Sequence record: SRR22947725_4333
DNA: 51,933 bases
Reading direction: 5' to 3' (one strand)
Within the stretch, counting starts at the first letter, position 1. Each line of letters opens with the position of its first letter. Below the pieces are notes generated by a model. It worked only from the letters and a program-made list of their open reading frames with translations, did not search any database and was not told where the DNA came from. This document shows positions 41,409-51,619 of the stretch, piece after piece. Position numbers and translations under genes: made by a program.

Positions 41409-42245
41409 ATGACCATGGACAGTGCAGTGATCCTCGCATTTGCTGTCACCCTTGCTGCCGGACTGGCAACAGGTATTGGTTCGACCATCGCCTTCTTCGC
41501 AAAGACCACCAACAAGAGTTTCTTCGCGCTCTCGATGGGGTTCTCAGCTGGCGTGATGATCTATCTCAGCTTTGCTGAGATTCTGCCTAAGGCCACCCAG
41601 TATCTAAGCGAGTACGTAACAGCCAATGAGGCTGCCGGACTGGCAGCGGGGGCGTTGATTGCGGGTCTTGTGCTGATGGCCATTATTGATGCGTTAGTTC
41701 CCTCTGGAGCTAACCCCCACGAAAACACGGACGTAGAACTGCTTGGTAACACCGACACCCCACTACCGAGTGTTGATGAGGTGCAGAACAAAGCCCTTCT
41801 TCGAATGGGTGTATTTGTTGCCCTAGCAATCGCCATCCACAACTTCCCCGAGGGTCTCGCCACATTCCTGCTCGTGCTTGACGATCCAGAAATTGGCATT
41901 GCTCTGGCTATAGCCGTCGCCATGCACAACATCCCAGAGGGTATTGCCGTCTCGGTTCCCGTCTACTACGCAACCAAGTCAAGGCTGAAGGCCTTTCGGC
42001 TCAGCTTCCTATCGGGATTGGCTGAACCAGCGGGTGCAGTTATTGGATATCTGATCCTGGCTCAATTTTTGAACCACTTTGTTCTTGGCATCATCTTCGC
42101 AATGGTTGCCGGAGTCATGATCTTCCTAGCAATCGACACCCTCCTGCCAACAGCTAGGAACTCAGCCAGAGGTCACCTGACCGTCTACGGTGTGATTGCA
42201 GGTATGGCTGTGATTGCTCTTAGCTTGGTGCTGCTGCGGGTATGA
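41409..42245 (+). CDS. zupT: ZIP-family divalent metal transporter ZupT
   Basis: GFSAGVMIY, HNFPEG, HNIPEG, SGLAEP; possible leaderless TAGAGT-N6-ATG. Confidence 0.92.
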   Translation: MTMDSAVILAFAVTLAAGLATGIGSTIAFFAKTTNKSFFALSMGFSAGVMIYLSFAEILPKATQYLSEYVTANEAAGLAAGALIAGLVLMAIIDALVPSGANPHENTDVELLGNTDTPLPSVDEVQNKALLRMGVFVALAIAIHNFPEGLATFLLVLDDPEIGIALAIAVAMHNIPEGIAVSVPVYYATKSRLKAFRLSFLSGLAEPAGAVIGYLILAQFLNHFVLGIIFAMVAGVMIFLAIDTLLPTARNSARGHLTVYGVIAGMAVIALSLVLLRV

Positions 42246-42272
42246 AAAAACCCCACCCTCAATGGGTGGGGT
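42245..42272 (-). terminator. Intrinsic terminator of rplJL (possibly bidirectional)
   Basis: ACCCCACCC-TCAAT-GGGTGGGGT with an A6 tract (U6 on the minus strand). Confidence 0.82.
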
Positions 42273-42290
42273 CCTTTCAATGCTTGAGAG

Positions 42291-42677
42291 TTACTTGAGG
42301 GTAACCTTGCCGCCTGCAGCCTCAATCTTGGCCTTAGCGTCCTCAGCTGCTTCCTTCTTCGCACCCTCTAGCAGGGTTGAAGGAGCTGCATCAACGAGGG
42401 CCTTTGCCTCACCCAGTCCTAGACCAGTGATGCCACGAACCTCCTTGATGACCTGAATCTTCTGGTCACCAGCTGCCTCGAGAACAACGTCAAACTCGTC
42501 CTTCTCCTCAGCTGCCTCGGCAGCGCCGCCTGCGGCACCGCCAGCTGCTGCAACAGCAACTGGAGCTGCAGCGGTTACTTCAAACTCCTCCTCGAACTTC
42601 TTGACGAAGTCAGAAAGCTCGATCAGGGTTAGCTCCTTGAAAGCCTCAATGAGCTGGTCGGCAGTCATCTTTGCCAT
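42291..42677 (-). CDS. rplL: 50S ribosomal protein L7/L12
   Basis: [25 protein letters not shown]. Confidence 0.97.
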   Translation of the reverse strand: MAKMTADQLIEAFKELTLIELSDFVKKFEEEFEVTAAAPVAVAAAGGAAGGAAEAAEEKDEFDVVLEAAGDQKIQVIKEVRGITGLGLGEAKALVDAAPSTLLEGAKKEAAEDAKAKIEAAGGKVTLK

Positions 42678-42702
42678 TTTTATCTCCTAGTGGTTATTAC
42701 GT

Positions 42703-43215
42703 TTAGTTGGACTCTTGCTTTTGACGCAGCGCGTCGACAACGCGTACCGCCTTTGAAGGCAGTGCGTTGAAGGTGTAGGCAGCCTTGAATAGAGATGCCT
42801 TGAAGGCGCCTGCGGCCTTGCCGAGCAGCACCTCCCTGGTCTCTAGTTCGGCTAGCTTCTTGACCTCTGCATCGGATAGTGCAACGCCGTCCATGAGACC
42901 GGACTTGACTACCAGCAGTGGCTGTGCCTTTGCGAACTCCTTCAGGGCCTTTGCTGCGTTAACTGGGTCGCCGTGAACAAATGTCATGGCGGTTGGTCCA
43001 GCAAGCTGACCATCGAAGGCGGTTACCCCGGCCTCTTTGGCTGCAATGGTTAGAAGGGTGTTCTTTGCAACGACGTATGTTGCGTCATTAGCCATTGAGC
43101 GACGGAGCGTCTTTAGCTCTGTCACGGTGAGTCCGCGGTATTCAGTCAGGTAGATTGCGCTTGAGTCAGCAAATAGCTGCTTCAGCTCTGCAACCTTCTC
43201 CTTCTTGTCTGCCAT
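42703..43215 (-). CDS. rplJ: 50S ribosomal protein L10
   Basis: EYRGLTV, VAKNTL, GPTA. Confidence 0.97.
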   Translation of the reverse strand: MADKKEKVAELKQLFADSSAIYLTEYRGLTVTELKTLRRSMANDATYVVAKNTLLTIAAKEAGVTAFDGQLAGPTAMTFVHGDPVNAAKALKEFAKAQPLLVVKSGLMDGVALSDAEVKKLAELETREVLLGKAAGAFKASLFKAAYTFNALPSKAVRVVDALRQKQESN

Positions 43216-43393
43216 GGCACTCCTTTAGTTGGTGCCGGCCTGAAAAATCAAAAAAGCTCCGGCGCAAATGAACACCGGAGCGAAAGCTCTAATACTCACC
43301 TGCGCGGGCCGTCTCTTTGGACTCTTCGTAGGCCAGGCGAATCTAGAGAAAGTTTCTTTTGATTACCTGGACCTAGACCGGCGGTCTTTGGCT
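43216..43393 (-). promoter_or_regulatory. L10 leader (autogenous control element) with a terminator hairpin
   Basis: Minus strand CCAAAGACCGCCGGTC...GACGGCCCGCGCAGGTG, then GCTCCGG...CCGGAGC-TTTTTT (43281-43250). Confidence 0.75.
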
Positions 43394-44853
43394 GCGTATA
43401 GCTTATTTGGGCGGTGCTTGGCCCGCAAGTCCTTTTTTACCTTGTTCTTGCTTGGGACATCAAACCTGGAATCTCCAAAGTCTAAGGAGTCAACAATTGG
43501 TGGCGGTGCAATTGGTCCGGCAAGCTCCTCAAGAAGCGGGTCGCCTGGTGCTACCTGGTGGAAGATCGCTTCGCGATCTGCCATCTTCATGATGGTCTCG
43601 ACTTTTCTAGTTCTGCCAACCGGCACCATCGATACCACGCTGCCGCTGCGGCCGGCACGACCGGTCCTTCCAGCGCGGTGGAGGTAGGTCTTGTATTCCT
43701 CTGGGAGATCTAGCTGAATCACCAGCTTCACGTCATCGACGTGAATGCCTCTGGCAGCCACGTCAGTTGCAATCATGACCCGGGCTGCTCCCTTGGTGAA
43801 GCGCTCTAGGTTTCGGGTGCGCTGGGCCTGGTTGAGGTCACCGTGCAGCCTTGCAGTTGGCACACCAGTGTCATTTAGCGACTGAGCTAGCGCCTCAGCG
43901 GTCTGCTTGGTTCGGACAAAGACGATGCTGCGTCCTGCGCCCTGAACTAGGCGGTGGAAAACCTTGGAGCGGTGAGATGGCTCAATAACCAAAACGATGT
44001 GGTCAATGTCCGAGGTTTCCTGCATCTCGCCCGGAACCTCATAAACAAAAGGAGATGGCATGAACTTGCGAACAAGTGCTGAAACCTCTTTGTCCAGGGT
44101 TGCCGAGAACAGAAGCTTCTGGCTCTCGCCTGTCTGCTCCAAGATTCTGGTTACCGGCTCAATGAAGCCAAGATCGCACATGTGGTCGGCCTCGTCGACT
44201 ACGACCTGGGTGCAGTCGGAGAGATCCATTAGTCCCTGGCGAATTAGGTCCTCAAGTCTGCCCGGGGTTGCAATTGCAATATCAACACCGCGCTTTAGGG
44301 CCTGCTCCTGCTTGAACTGGGAAACACCGCCGTAGATGGTGGTGGTGAAGAAACCTACTGACTTGGCAAGCGGTGAAAGGGTCTTGTTGATCTGCTCCGC
44401 TAGTTCCCTGGTTGGTGCGATGACCAGTGCCCTTGGCTTACCCGGAACTCTGGTCTGGTTGCCACCTTCAGCTAGCTTCACAACCAACGGAACACCGAAT
44501 GCAATTGTCTTGCCACTACCGGTCTTGCCTCGACCAAGAACGTGCTTGCCCTCAATTGCAGCTGGAATTGTCGCCGCCTGAATTGGAAATGGGGTGACAG
44601 CTCCGAGCTTTGCTAGCTCCTGGGTAATGCGCTCGGGAAGGTCCATCTGCTGGAAGGTGTCGAAAATCTGGTGCTGCTCTGAGGACTCGAAGCGCTCCTG
44701 CTTTTCAAAAACAGGTCTTGCGCTTCTGGCCCTTGGGCTCTGACCCTGGGGCTTTGAGGCCTTGTGGCGCGGTTTATAGTCGTCGCGCTTGGAGGCATAG
44801 CCCTTGCGACCGTTGGTCTTGGTCGGGGCAGCAGAAAATGATTTATTTGGCAT
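43363..44853 (-). CDS. DEAD-box RNA helicase
   Basis: Q motif PFPIQ, GKTGSGKT, PTRELA, TPGR, DEAD, SAT, ARGI, HRAGRTGR. Confidence 0.95.
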   Translation of the reverse strand: MPNKSFSAAPTKTNGRKGYASKRDDYKPRHKASKPQGQSPRARSARPVFEKQERFESSEQHQIFDTFQQMDLPERITQELAKLGAVTPFPIQAATIPAAIEGKHVLGRGKTGSGKTIAFGVPLVVKLAEGGNQTRVPGKPRALVIAPTRELAEQINKTLSPLAKSVGFFTTTIYGGVSQFKQEQALKRGVDIAIATPGRLEDLIRQGLMDLSDCTQVVVDEADHMCDLGFIEPVTRILEQTGESQKLLFSATLDKEVSALVRKFMPSPFVYEVPGEMQETSDIDHIVLVIEPSHRSKVFHRLVQGAGRSIVFVRTKQTAEALAQSLNDTGVPTARLHGDLNQAQRTRNLERFTKGAARVMIATDVAARGIHVDDVKLVIQLDLPEEYKTYLHRAGRTGRAGRSGSVVSMVPVGRTRKVETIMKMADREAIFHQVAPGDPLLEELAGPIAPPPIVDSLDFGDSRFDVPSKNKVKKDLRAKHRPNKLYAAKDRRSRSR

Positions 44854-44940
44854 CTTTGGGGGGTTATCTCTCGTCGGTGAAACCGGAGAGCCCGAGATCA
44901 CTAGCTAAAGCCTAGGGCCTAGCTGCCAAAAAGGATAGAG

Positions 44941-45192
44941 CTAGTCGATTAGGCCGAGAACCTTAAGTTCGGCATGCAAGATGGCATCCGAAGGCTCGAC
45001 CAGGTGGGTGCCGTCTTTGAACCTGATGACCGGGATGTTTGTCCGTCCGGAGATCTCGTGAGCCTTCTCAGCATTCTCTTTGCTCTGTTCAACATCAAAT
45101 ACGTCGTACTCAACCTCGAGGGTGTCCATTAGTGACCGCGAGCGCCGGCAGTCGCCGCACCACTGAGCTCCGTAGTACTCAACCTCAGCCAT
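44941..45192 (-). CDS. Glutaredoxin/mycoredoxin-like protein
   Basis: WCGDC, NIPVI, LVEPS. Confidence 0.85.
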   Translation of the reverse strand: MAEVEYYGAQWCGDCRRSRSLMDTLEVEYDVFDVEQSKENAEKAHEISGRTNIPVIRFKDGTHLVEPSDAILHAELKVLGLID

Positions 45193-45194
45193 GA

Positions 45195-45836
45195 TTACCT
45201 CAATCTCTTGCTATCTGGTAGTTCTAATTTGCCGCCCAGAAAACTAATTCCCTCAAGCGAGGAAATGACAATGTCGGCCTTGGATTCCAGGACCTCTTCG
45301 CCAATACCGATCACAGCCCTCGCGCCCGCTGCAACTCCTGCCGCAACACCGGATGGGGCATCCTCAAAGACAATGCACTGAGATATATCTAAGGAGAGCT
45401 TCTTGGCTCCCATTAGGTAGGGCTCCGGGTTTGGCTTGCCGCTACTAACATCGTCTGCACTCACCAGCTCGTTAGGAACCGGCAAGCCTGCCGCTTTGAG
45501 CCGGGATGCGCCAAGGTCTCTGCCTGCCGAGGTCACCACAGTCCAGGTGCCGCTCTCAAGAGACTCGAGAAGCTTTTTGGCTCCCGGCATCGCGGTGGTG
45601 AGGTGAGTAAGTTCTAGCTCGAGCCGGTTTATCTCGGCTAGAGCCTCTTCAAAGACCTCTTCCCCAACAAGGCTTGCGACTATCTCGCTTGCCCTGCGGC
45701 CATGGTGCTCATAGGAGATTTGGAAACCTGGGGAGTAGGTCTTGCTCCATACGCCCCAAGAGCCATCGACCGTGCCCATGGAATCGACCAGCACTCCGTC
45801 GTTATCGAAGAGCAGGCCCGAGGCCTCAAAAATCAT
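45195..45836 (-). CDS. HAD-IA family sugar phosphatase-like hydrolase
   Basis: FDNDGVLVDS, VTS, GKPNPEPY, FEDAPSG. Confidence 0.9.
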   Translation of the reverse strand: MIFEASGLLFDNDGVLVDSMGTVDGSWGVWSKTYSPGFQISYEHHGRRASEIVASLVGEEVFEEALAEINRLELELTHLTTAMPGAKKLLESLESGTWTVVTSAGRDLGASRLKAAGLPVPNELVSADDVSSGKPNPEPYLMGAKKLSLDISQCIVFEDAPSGVAAGVAAGARAVIGIGEEVLESKADIVISSLEGISFLGGKLELPDSKRLR

Positions 45837-46871
45837 CTAGTTGGTCTTGGCTTCCTGGTTACGAATTATCACCGTGCGATAGATTCCCCACTCGGCTAGA
45901 AGCAGTAGCAGTATCGGCGGCAGCATGTCCTCAATCAGCCAGCCAAAAGACGGTGCTGCCATGATTCGCTCGTAGTTGTAGACCTCCCGGCCGTCAATGA
46001 CCTCCATGCGGTCTGAGTATTCGAACAGGCTGGCAACACCTGCGAACCCGAGGGTAAAGGCCATTATCAACACCACCACCGCGAAGACAATAGAGAGCAC
46101 AAAATTCAAATTCACGGCCGCCACCCCGCTCTTGCGCTCTCTTGGGGGTAGTGCCCTTGCTGATCTCGCGCGGGCTGCAAAGGTGGTGCCGAGAATAATT
46201 GAAAAGCCGATGATGGCCTGAATGATTACCCATATCCATGCATCCAGCGAAGTCTTCGTGATGTCGTAGACGGTGAGGCCAAAGATGATTGCAATTGCGG
46301 TTCCGATTACCGGAACTGCGTAGGCAAGTCCCACGGCCCGCTGGAGCTTGGCTCTGTCCTCGTCTTTTTCACCCTCTGGGATATCTGGTGCATTCTTCCT
46401 AAAGACGAAGGCGGAGAGCAGAGTGTAAACCACCAGAATCGTGGCCAAAACGATTGGCAAATACACATTTATGAGCCGCATCCAGACCGGTTCGTCTCTT
46501 AGGTCATAGCTGTCCCAGGCTCCCAGGAAGTTGCCCACTGCAAACACCGCCCCGGCAACCAAAGAGAGAATTACACCAAGGTTTGCAAAGCGGTGAGCTG
46601 ATTTAGCAAGTGGGTTTTCCCAGCTGACCCTGAGCCCAACTGCCTGGTGCAAAGACCGCAGTGCAACCAGCGCAAATACGGTGATGCCCAGCAAAAAGAT
46701 GTAGACCTGCCACTGAATAGTTGGCTCGGGGTAGATCGGTCCGCCCTCAACCCACTGGGTCTCGGGTGCAGCCAGGTCGATGTAGCTACCAAGCATGAAC
46801 AGAACCCAGGTTGCAATGAGTGCAAGAAGTGGGTTTCGGATAGAACTCTTTGCCGTCTTTAGTTGAGCCAT
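45837..46871 (-). CDS. Hypothetical multi-pass membrane protein
   Basis: About 8 hydrophobic segments; family not recognised. Confidence 0.75.
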   Translation of the reverse strand: MAQLKTAKSSIRNPLLALIATWVLFMLGSYIDLAAPETQWVEGGPIYPEPTIQWQVYIFLLGITVFALVALRSLHQAVGLRVSWENPLAKSAHRFANLGVILSLVAGAVFAVGNFLGAWDSYDLRDEPVWMRLINVYLPIVLATILVVYTLLSAFVFRKNAPDIPEGEKDEDRAKLQRAVGLAYAVPVIGTAIAIIFGLTVYDITKTSLDAWIWVIIQAIIGFSIILGTTFAARARSARALPPRERKSGVAAVNLNFVLSIVFAVVVLIMAFTLGFAGVASLFEYSDRMEVIDGREVYNYERIMAAPSFGWLIEDMLPPILLLLLAEWGIYRTVIIRNQEAKTN

Positions 46872-46893
46872 AGCTAAAGCCTAGACTTGCCGC
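46872..46893. promoter_or_regulatory. Bidirectional overlapping -10 elements for two leaderless genes
   Basis: Plus strand TAGACT-N6-ATG(46894); minus strand TAGGCT-N6-ATG(46871). Confidence 0.7.
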
Positions 46894-47862
46894 ATGATTT
46901 TGGTTATCGGGGAAGCACTAATTGACCTCATCGGCGAAGAGGGTTCTGGGGGACATTACACCGCGGTTGTTGGCGGTGCTAATGCGAACGTGGCGCTGGC
47001 CCTCGCAGTTCGAGGAGAACGGCAGAGATTTCTAGGACGCATTTCCTCTGACGGCTTTGGCAGGCAAATTGCTTCGCACCTCTCTTCTCACGGCGTAGAC
47101 CTCTCGCTTTCTATCGATGCGGCTGAGCAGACCAGCCTTGCTGTGGCAACAATCGACTCCTCTGGCGTTGCCTCCTACTCCTTCTATACCAAGGACACAG
47201 CCGACTGGGGCTGGACAGCTGATGAACTCCCCTCTGCCGAAGCTGCCGAGTCGCTTGGCACCAAGGCAATTCAATACGGCTGCCTCGGCATGGCAATTGG
47301 CCCCGGCAACCTGGTAATCGAGGCCTGGCTCGGAAGCTTCTTCAAAGAAGACTCACTAACGCTCTCGCACGATCTCAACATCCGCCCGGCTCTGGGTTTT
47401 GATCGAGAGGCGGAGCTTGAAAGGGTTTTGAGAGTGAACAACCAGAGCCACATCATCAAGGCATCGGATGCCGACATCGAGTGGCTTTATGGCCTTCAGG
47501 AGGGTGCGGATCTAGATGCGATTGCGGCCAAGTGGTCGAAAGGAAAACTGGTCGTCATCACAAAAGGTCCAGCGGGGGTTAGCCTCTACCGCGACGGCAA
47601 CCGCACTGACGTGGCGGGTCAAAAGATCAACCTCGTTGACACAGTTGGAGCAGGTGACACCTTTATGGCCAACTTCCTCGGAGAGCTTTCCTCTCTGGAT
47701 GCCCTGGGAGACAAGCCGTCAAGCCGGCTTTCGAGGCTGAGCGACGACGAACTTGCCTCTGCTGCAAATGTTGCGAACGTAGCTGCTGCGATTGTTTGTG
47801 AGCGGACAGGGTGTCAGCCTCCAACGCGCGCCGAAACCGAATTGAGATTGAAGCGGAACTAG
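46894..47862 (+). CDS. PfkB-family carbohydrate kinase (fructokinase-like)
   Basis: GEALID, GGANANVA, DLNIRP, DTVGAGDTF. Confidence 0.9.
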   Translation: MILVIGEALIDLIGEEGSGGHYTAVVGGANANVALALAVRGERQRFLGRISSDGFGRQIASHLSSHGVDLSLSIDAAEQTSLAVATIDSSGVASYSFYTKDTADWGWTADELPSAEAAESLGTKAIQYGCLGMAIGPGNLVIEAWLGSFFKEDSLTLSHDLNIRPALGFDREAELERVLRVNNQSHIIKASDADIEWLYGLQEGADLDAIAAKWSKGKLVVITKGPAGVSLYRDGNRTDVAGQKINLVDTVGAGDTFMANFLGELSSLDALGDKPSSRLSRLSDDELASAANVANVAAAIVCERTGCQPPTRAETELRLKRN

Positions 47863-47911
47863 TGGCAGCCAAATAGGCAACATTGTCACCGACTCATGCG
47901 AGTCTTAGAAA

Positions 47912-49498
47912 GTGAAAAAGCGTGGCCAGCACTGGAGCTTTGACTCGAGAGACCTGATGCGGGCAAAGTGCTCCCACTGCGTGAGGGTTTCAACGGCCAG
48001 AGAACTTGGGGTGAGCGGTCTCAAGGAGCTAATTGACCAGTTCTATGTGAGGCCAGACAACTTAGCTATCCGCTATGGCATGAGATTTGAAGAGGCTCTC
48101 GAGCACGAGCTCATTGAAAACCTAGGCGAGAAAATAAAAATGCCCCTAGACAGAACCATGGATGCAACCTTGGAGCTGATGAACGAGGGTGTCCCCGTTA
48201 TCTACCAGGGTGTGCTGCAGGGAGGCTCCGGGGCCATGGCCTTTTCCGGAAGACCCGACTTCCTCCTGCGCAGCGACTACCGGTTTGAGTTCACAGAGGG
48301 CGGCTTGAGTGCGCATCAGGTGGACGGCTGGTCTGGTGGCTACACCGCTTGGGATGCCAAGCTTTCCTCTTCCCCCAAACCCGAGTATCAGACCCAGGTC
48401 GCGCTCTATGCCGATGTCCTAAAGGAACTCGGCTACGCGGCCGAGCAGAATCACGGCTTGATTCTTGGTTCCAGGGAGCTTGCGGCCTTTGCCGCAGAAC
48501 CGCTAATTGCCCAGATGGTTCAAGAGCGCAACAGCTACCTCAAGAAAGTCTTTAGCTTTATCGATGAGGATCCGCAGCGAGTCGAAGATATTGGTGAGCT
48601 GATCTGTGACGCATCGAGCTACTGCGACATCTGCGAATACCCGGAGCTCTGCGAGCACGAAAGGCGCCAGACCAATCACCTGCAGCTTGTTGCCGGAATC
48701 ACCAGGCCCCAGATCGAGTCGCTCCATCGCAGTGGCGTCAAGACTCTGGCTCAACTGGCAACCCGTGAAGATCCCACCGACAAGCTCTCCCATGAGCAGG
48801 TGCAAAAGCTTTCTCGCCAGGCAAGGCTTCAGCAGCACACCTACGACACCGGTGAACACATTGTTGAGGTCATAAATCCTGCGGAGCTAAACAAGCTGCC
48901 GGCAGAGAATCCTGGAGACATCTTTTTTGATCTGGAGGGCTTCACCTTCTCTGGAGAACCTGGAGGCCTCGAGTATCTCTTTGGCTACACCTCAATTGCT
49001 GACGGCGAAAAGTTTCACGCGGACTGGGCGGATACGAGAGAAGAAGAACGCGAGGTATTTGAGAGGTTCATGCATGAGCTGATGAACCGCCTGCAGCAGT
49101 ATCCAGATGCCAAGGTTTATCACTACGCAAACTACGAGCAGGCTGCCCTGAAAAAGCTTGCGGAGCGCTACGGCTGCTATCAGCATGAGGTGAATGAGCT
49201 AATAGATAAAGGTGTGTTCGTTGACCTCTACAAACTGGTCAAGGCCTCGATCATGATCTCTCAAGAGAGCTACAGCATCAAAAAACTAGAGAACTACTAC
49301 AGCTTCGATAGGGCCTCAGATGTCAAAGAGGCCATGGGCTCCATGGAGTACTTCGACCAGTATCTCTCTGCACTCGAAACCGACAGGGCAGCCGCAGAAA
49401 ACCTAAAGCGCCAGGTGATTGCATACAACCAAGATGATTGTGCAAGCACGCTGGCGCTTACGAGGTGGCTTAGATCTTTAGTAAACCGAGACGTCTAG
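47912..49498 (+). CDS. TM0106-family RecB-like nuclease with a C-terminal RNase H-like domain
   Basis: GRPDFL..WDAK (PD-D/ExK), C..C...C, FFDLE, YHYA.YE, YSIKKLE, YNQDDC. Confidence 0.85.
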   Translation: MKKRGQHWSFDSRDLMRAKCSHCVRVSTARELGVSGLKELIDQFYVRPDNLAIRYGMRFEEALEHELIENLGEKIKMPLDRTMDATLELMNEGVPVIYQGVLQGGSGAMAFSGRPDFLLRSDYRFEFTEGGLSAHQVDGWSGGYTAWDAKLSSSPKPEYQTQVALYADVLKELGYAAEQNHGLILGSRELAAFAAEPLIAQMVQERNSYLKKVFSFIDEDPQRVEDIGELICDASSYCDICEYPELCEHERRQTNHLQLVAGITRPQIESLHRSGVKTLAQLATREDPTDKLSHEQVQKLSRQARLQQHTYDTGEHIVEVINPAELNKLPAENPGDIFFDLEGFTFSGEPGGLEYLFGYTSIADGEKFHADWADTREEEREVFERFMHELMNRLQQYPDAKVYHYANYEQAALKKLAERYGCYQHEVNELIDKGVFVDLYKLVKASIMISQESYSIKKLENYYSFDRASDVKEAMGSMEYFDQYLSALETDRAAAENLKRQVIAYNQDDCASTLALTRWLRSLVNRDV

Positions 49499-50167
49499 CG
49501 GGATGCCAGGACCGAAGGTGGTCGAGACGGCACCCTTCTGGATGTACTTGCCCTTAGAGGTCGAAGGCTTGAGCCTTACAACCTCATCCATCGCAGCATT
49601 CAGGTTGTCTGTTAGCTGATCCGCAGAGAAGCTTGCCTTGCCAACAATGAAGTGAAGGTTTGACTGCTTGTCGATGCGGAACTCAATCTTTCCGCCCTTG
49701 ATGTCGGTGACTGCCTTGGCGGTATCCATCGTGACAGTTCCGGTCTTTGGGTTTGGCATTAGGTTACGAGGACCTAGAACCTTACCCAGGCGTCCAACCT
49801 TGCCCATTAGGTCTGGGGTTGCAACTGCCGAGTCGAAGTCGGTCCAACCGGCCTCTACCTTCGCGATGAGGTCGTCATCTCCAACCTCGTCGGCTCCGGC
49901 TGCCCGGGCTGCGTCTGCTGCGGCACCTGTAGCAAACACTATTACCTTGGCGGTCTTGCCAGTTCCGTGAGGAAGGGAAACCGTGCCACGAATCATCTGG
50001 TCGGCTTTTCTTGGGTCAACCCCAAGCTTGAGGGCAACCTCTACGGTTGAGTTCTTCTTTGCTCCGGCGGTCTCAACAGCTAGTCCTGCTGCCTCCGCTG
50101 AGGAGTAGAAACGTCCCTCTTCGATTTTCTTTGCGGCATCTAGATATGCCTTTGAGCGCTTTGCCAT
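49478..50167 (-). CDS. rplA: 50S ribosomal protein L1
   Basis: [31 protein letters not shown]. Confidence 0.97.
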   Translation of the reverse strand: MAKRSKAYLDAAKKIEEGRFYSSAEAAGLAVETAGAKKNSTVEVALKLGVDPRKADQMIRGTVSLPHGTGKTAKVIVFATGAAADAARAAGADEVGDDDLIAKVEAGWTDFDSAVATPDLMGKVGRLGKVLGPRNLMPNPKTGTVTMDTAKAVTDIKGGKIEFRIDKQSNLHFIVGKASFSADQLTDNLNAAMDEVVRLKPSTSKGKYIQKGAVSTTFGPGIPLDVSVY

Positions 50168-50193
50168 TCTGCTTTTCCTTTTCGGTCACAGTC

Positions 50194-50225
50194 CGTGGTT
50201 GGTGGGGAAGCTGACCCCTCCCACG
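50194..50225 (-). promoter_or_regulatory. L1-binding autoregulatory RNA site between rplK and rplA
   Basis: Minus strand CGTGGGAGGGG...CCCC...AACCACG, a stem/internal-loop/stem at the position typical for actinobacteria. Confidence 0.6.
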
Positions 50226-50240
50226 AGCTTTATTGGGGTT

Positions 50241-50672
50241 TTACTTGTCGACGGTGATGCCCATTGAGCGGGCGGTTCCGGCGATGATTTTTGCAGCACC
50301 TTCAAGATCATTTGCGTTGAGGTCCTTCATCTTGGCCTCAGCAATGGTCTCGACCTGCTGCTTGGTTAGGTGTGCGACCTTGTCCGTGTGAGGGGTAGAA
50401 CTACCCTTCTTGACTCCGGCTGCCTTCTTGATTAGCTCAGCAGCTGGTGGGGTCTTTAGGACGAAGTCGAAACTACGGTCTTCATAGACGGTGATCTCCA
50501 CTGGGACAACGTTGCCGCGCTGGTCAGCGGTGGCATTGTTATAGGCAGTGCAGAACTCCATGATGTTCACGCCGTGCTGACCTAGAGCAGGTCCAATTGG
50601 AGGTGCTGGGTTAGCAGCGCCCGCCTGGATCTGAAGCTTGATCAGTCCGACAGCTTTTTTCTTCGGTGCCAT
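50241..50672 (-). CDS. rplK: 50S ribosomal protein L11
   Basis: [23 protein letters not shown]. Confidence 0.97.
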   Translation of the reverse strand: MAPKKKAVGLIKLQIQAGAANPAPPIGPALGQHGVNIMEFCTAYNNATADQRGNVVPVEITVYEDRSFDFVLKTPPAAELIKKAAGVKKGSSTPHTDKVAHLTKQQVETIAEAKMKDLNANDLEGAAKIIAGTARSMGITVDK

Positions 50673-50684
50673 TTTCTTCTTTCC

Positions 50685-51605
50685 TTAGTTCAGTGGGCCG
50701 ACCTGGTCAAAGGACAGCTCAACTGGAGTCTCTCGCTCGAAGAGCGAAACCAGTACGGTGACCTTGCCCGATTCGGGCTTGATCTCCGAGATTGTGCCAG
50801 GGAGGCCTGCAAACGAACCATCCTTGATGAGGATGCTCTCGCCAACCTGGAAGTCGATAGTCATCGGCACAGCCTTGCTCTTTGCCTTGCCGCCTGTGAA
50901 GGTGCCAGCTGCCTTGGCGGCTGCAACCTCTTCGGTCTCTTCTGGGGTGAACAGTGGCTTCAGCATCTCAAAGGCCTCGTTTGGGCGAAGCGGGGTTGGG
51001 TGCTGGGAGTTGCCAACGAATCCGGTTACGGCAGGGGTGTGACGAACAAGTGCCCAGCTGTCCTCGGTCATGTCCATGCGAACCAGAACGTAGCCGGGGA
51101 CGCGAACCTTGGTCACCAGCTTGCGCTGGCCGTTCTTGATTTCAATGGTCTCTTCCATTGGGACCTCGACCTGGAAAACTTCGTCGCCGCCTGCAAGTGA
51201 TGCCTTACGAACCTCGATGTTCTGCTTGACCCTGCGCTCGTAGCCTGCATAGGAGTGGATTACGTACCACTTGCCTGGCTGAGTTCGAAGCTCCTCACGG
51301 AACTTACGGTATGGGTCCTCTTGCTCGACCTCTGGCTCGGCTGCAACCGCTGGCTCCTCGATTTGGAAGCCGTCCATCTCGTGCTCTTGCTCGCTCTCGG
51401 CCTGAGCTAGGTCGGTGGCATCAAGGTCAACATTCTCATCGACCGCAGGCTCGCCAATCTCCACCGGCTCACCTGCGTCAACAGCCTCCGCTGGCTCGAC
51501 AGTCTCGGAAACCTCTAGGGTCTCTGGCGCCTCTGGGGTCTCGACGGCCTCAGCTGGTGCATCGGCCTGGTCGACACCAGAGTCACTGAAATTCAAATCT
51601 GACAA
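50685..51605 (-). CDS. nusG: Transcription factor NusG with an acidic N-terminal extension
   Basis: WYVIHSYAGYE, PGYVLV, VTGFVG, KOW domain, FERETPVEL. Confidence 0.96.
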   Translation of the reverse strand: MSDLNFSDSGVDQADAPAEAVETPEAPETLEVSETVEPAEAVDAGEPVEIGEPAVDENVDLDATDLAQAESEQEHEMDGFQIEEPAVAAEPEVEQEDPYRKFREELRTQPGKWYVIHSYAGYERRVKQNIEVRKASLAGGDEVFQVEVPMEETIEIKNGQRKLVTKVRVPGYVLVRMDMTEDSWALVRHTPAVTGFVGNSQHPTPLRPNEAFEMLKPLFTPEETEEVAAAKAAGTFTGGKAKSKAVPMTIDFQVGESILIKDGSFAGLPGTISEIKPESGKVTVLVSLFERETPVELSFDQVGPLN

Positions 51606-51619
51606 CTAACTACCTCTAA

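Noticed and set aside
47912-49498. Cas4-like or defence-system nuclease
   Set aside because: No CRISPR array, cas or other defence genes nearby; the architecture fits a stand-alone TM0106-family protein.
51300-51605. Repetitive acidic EPA/ETPE stretch in the nusG 5' region
   Set aside because: An acidic low-complexity N-terminal extension is a known feature of actinobacterial NusG; it is not a DNA repeat element.
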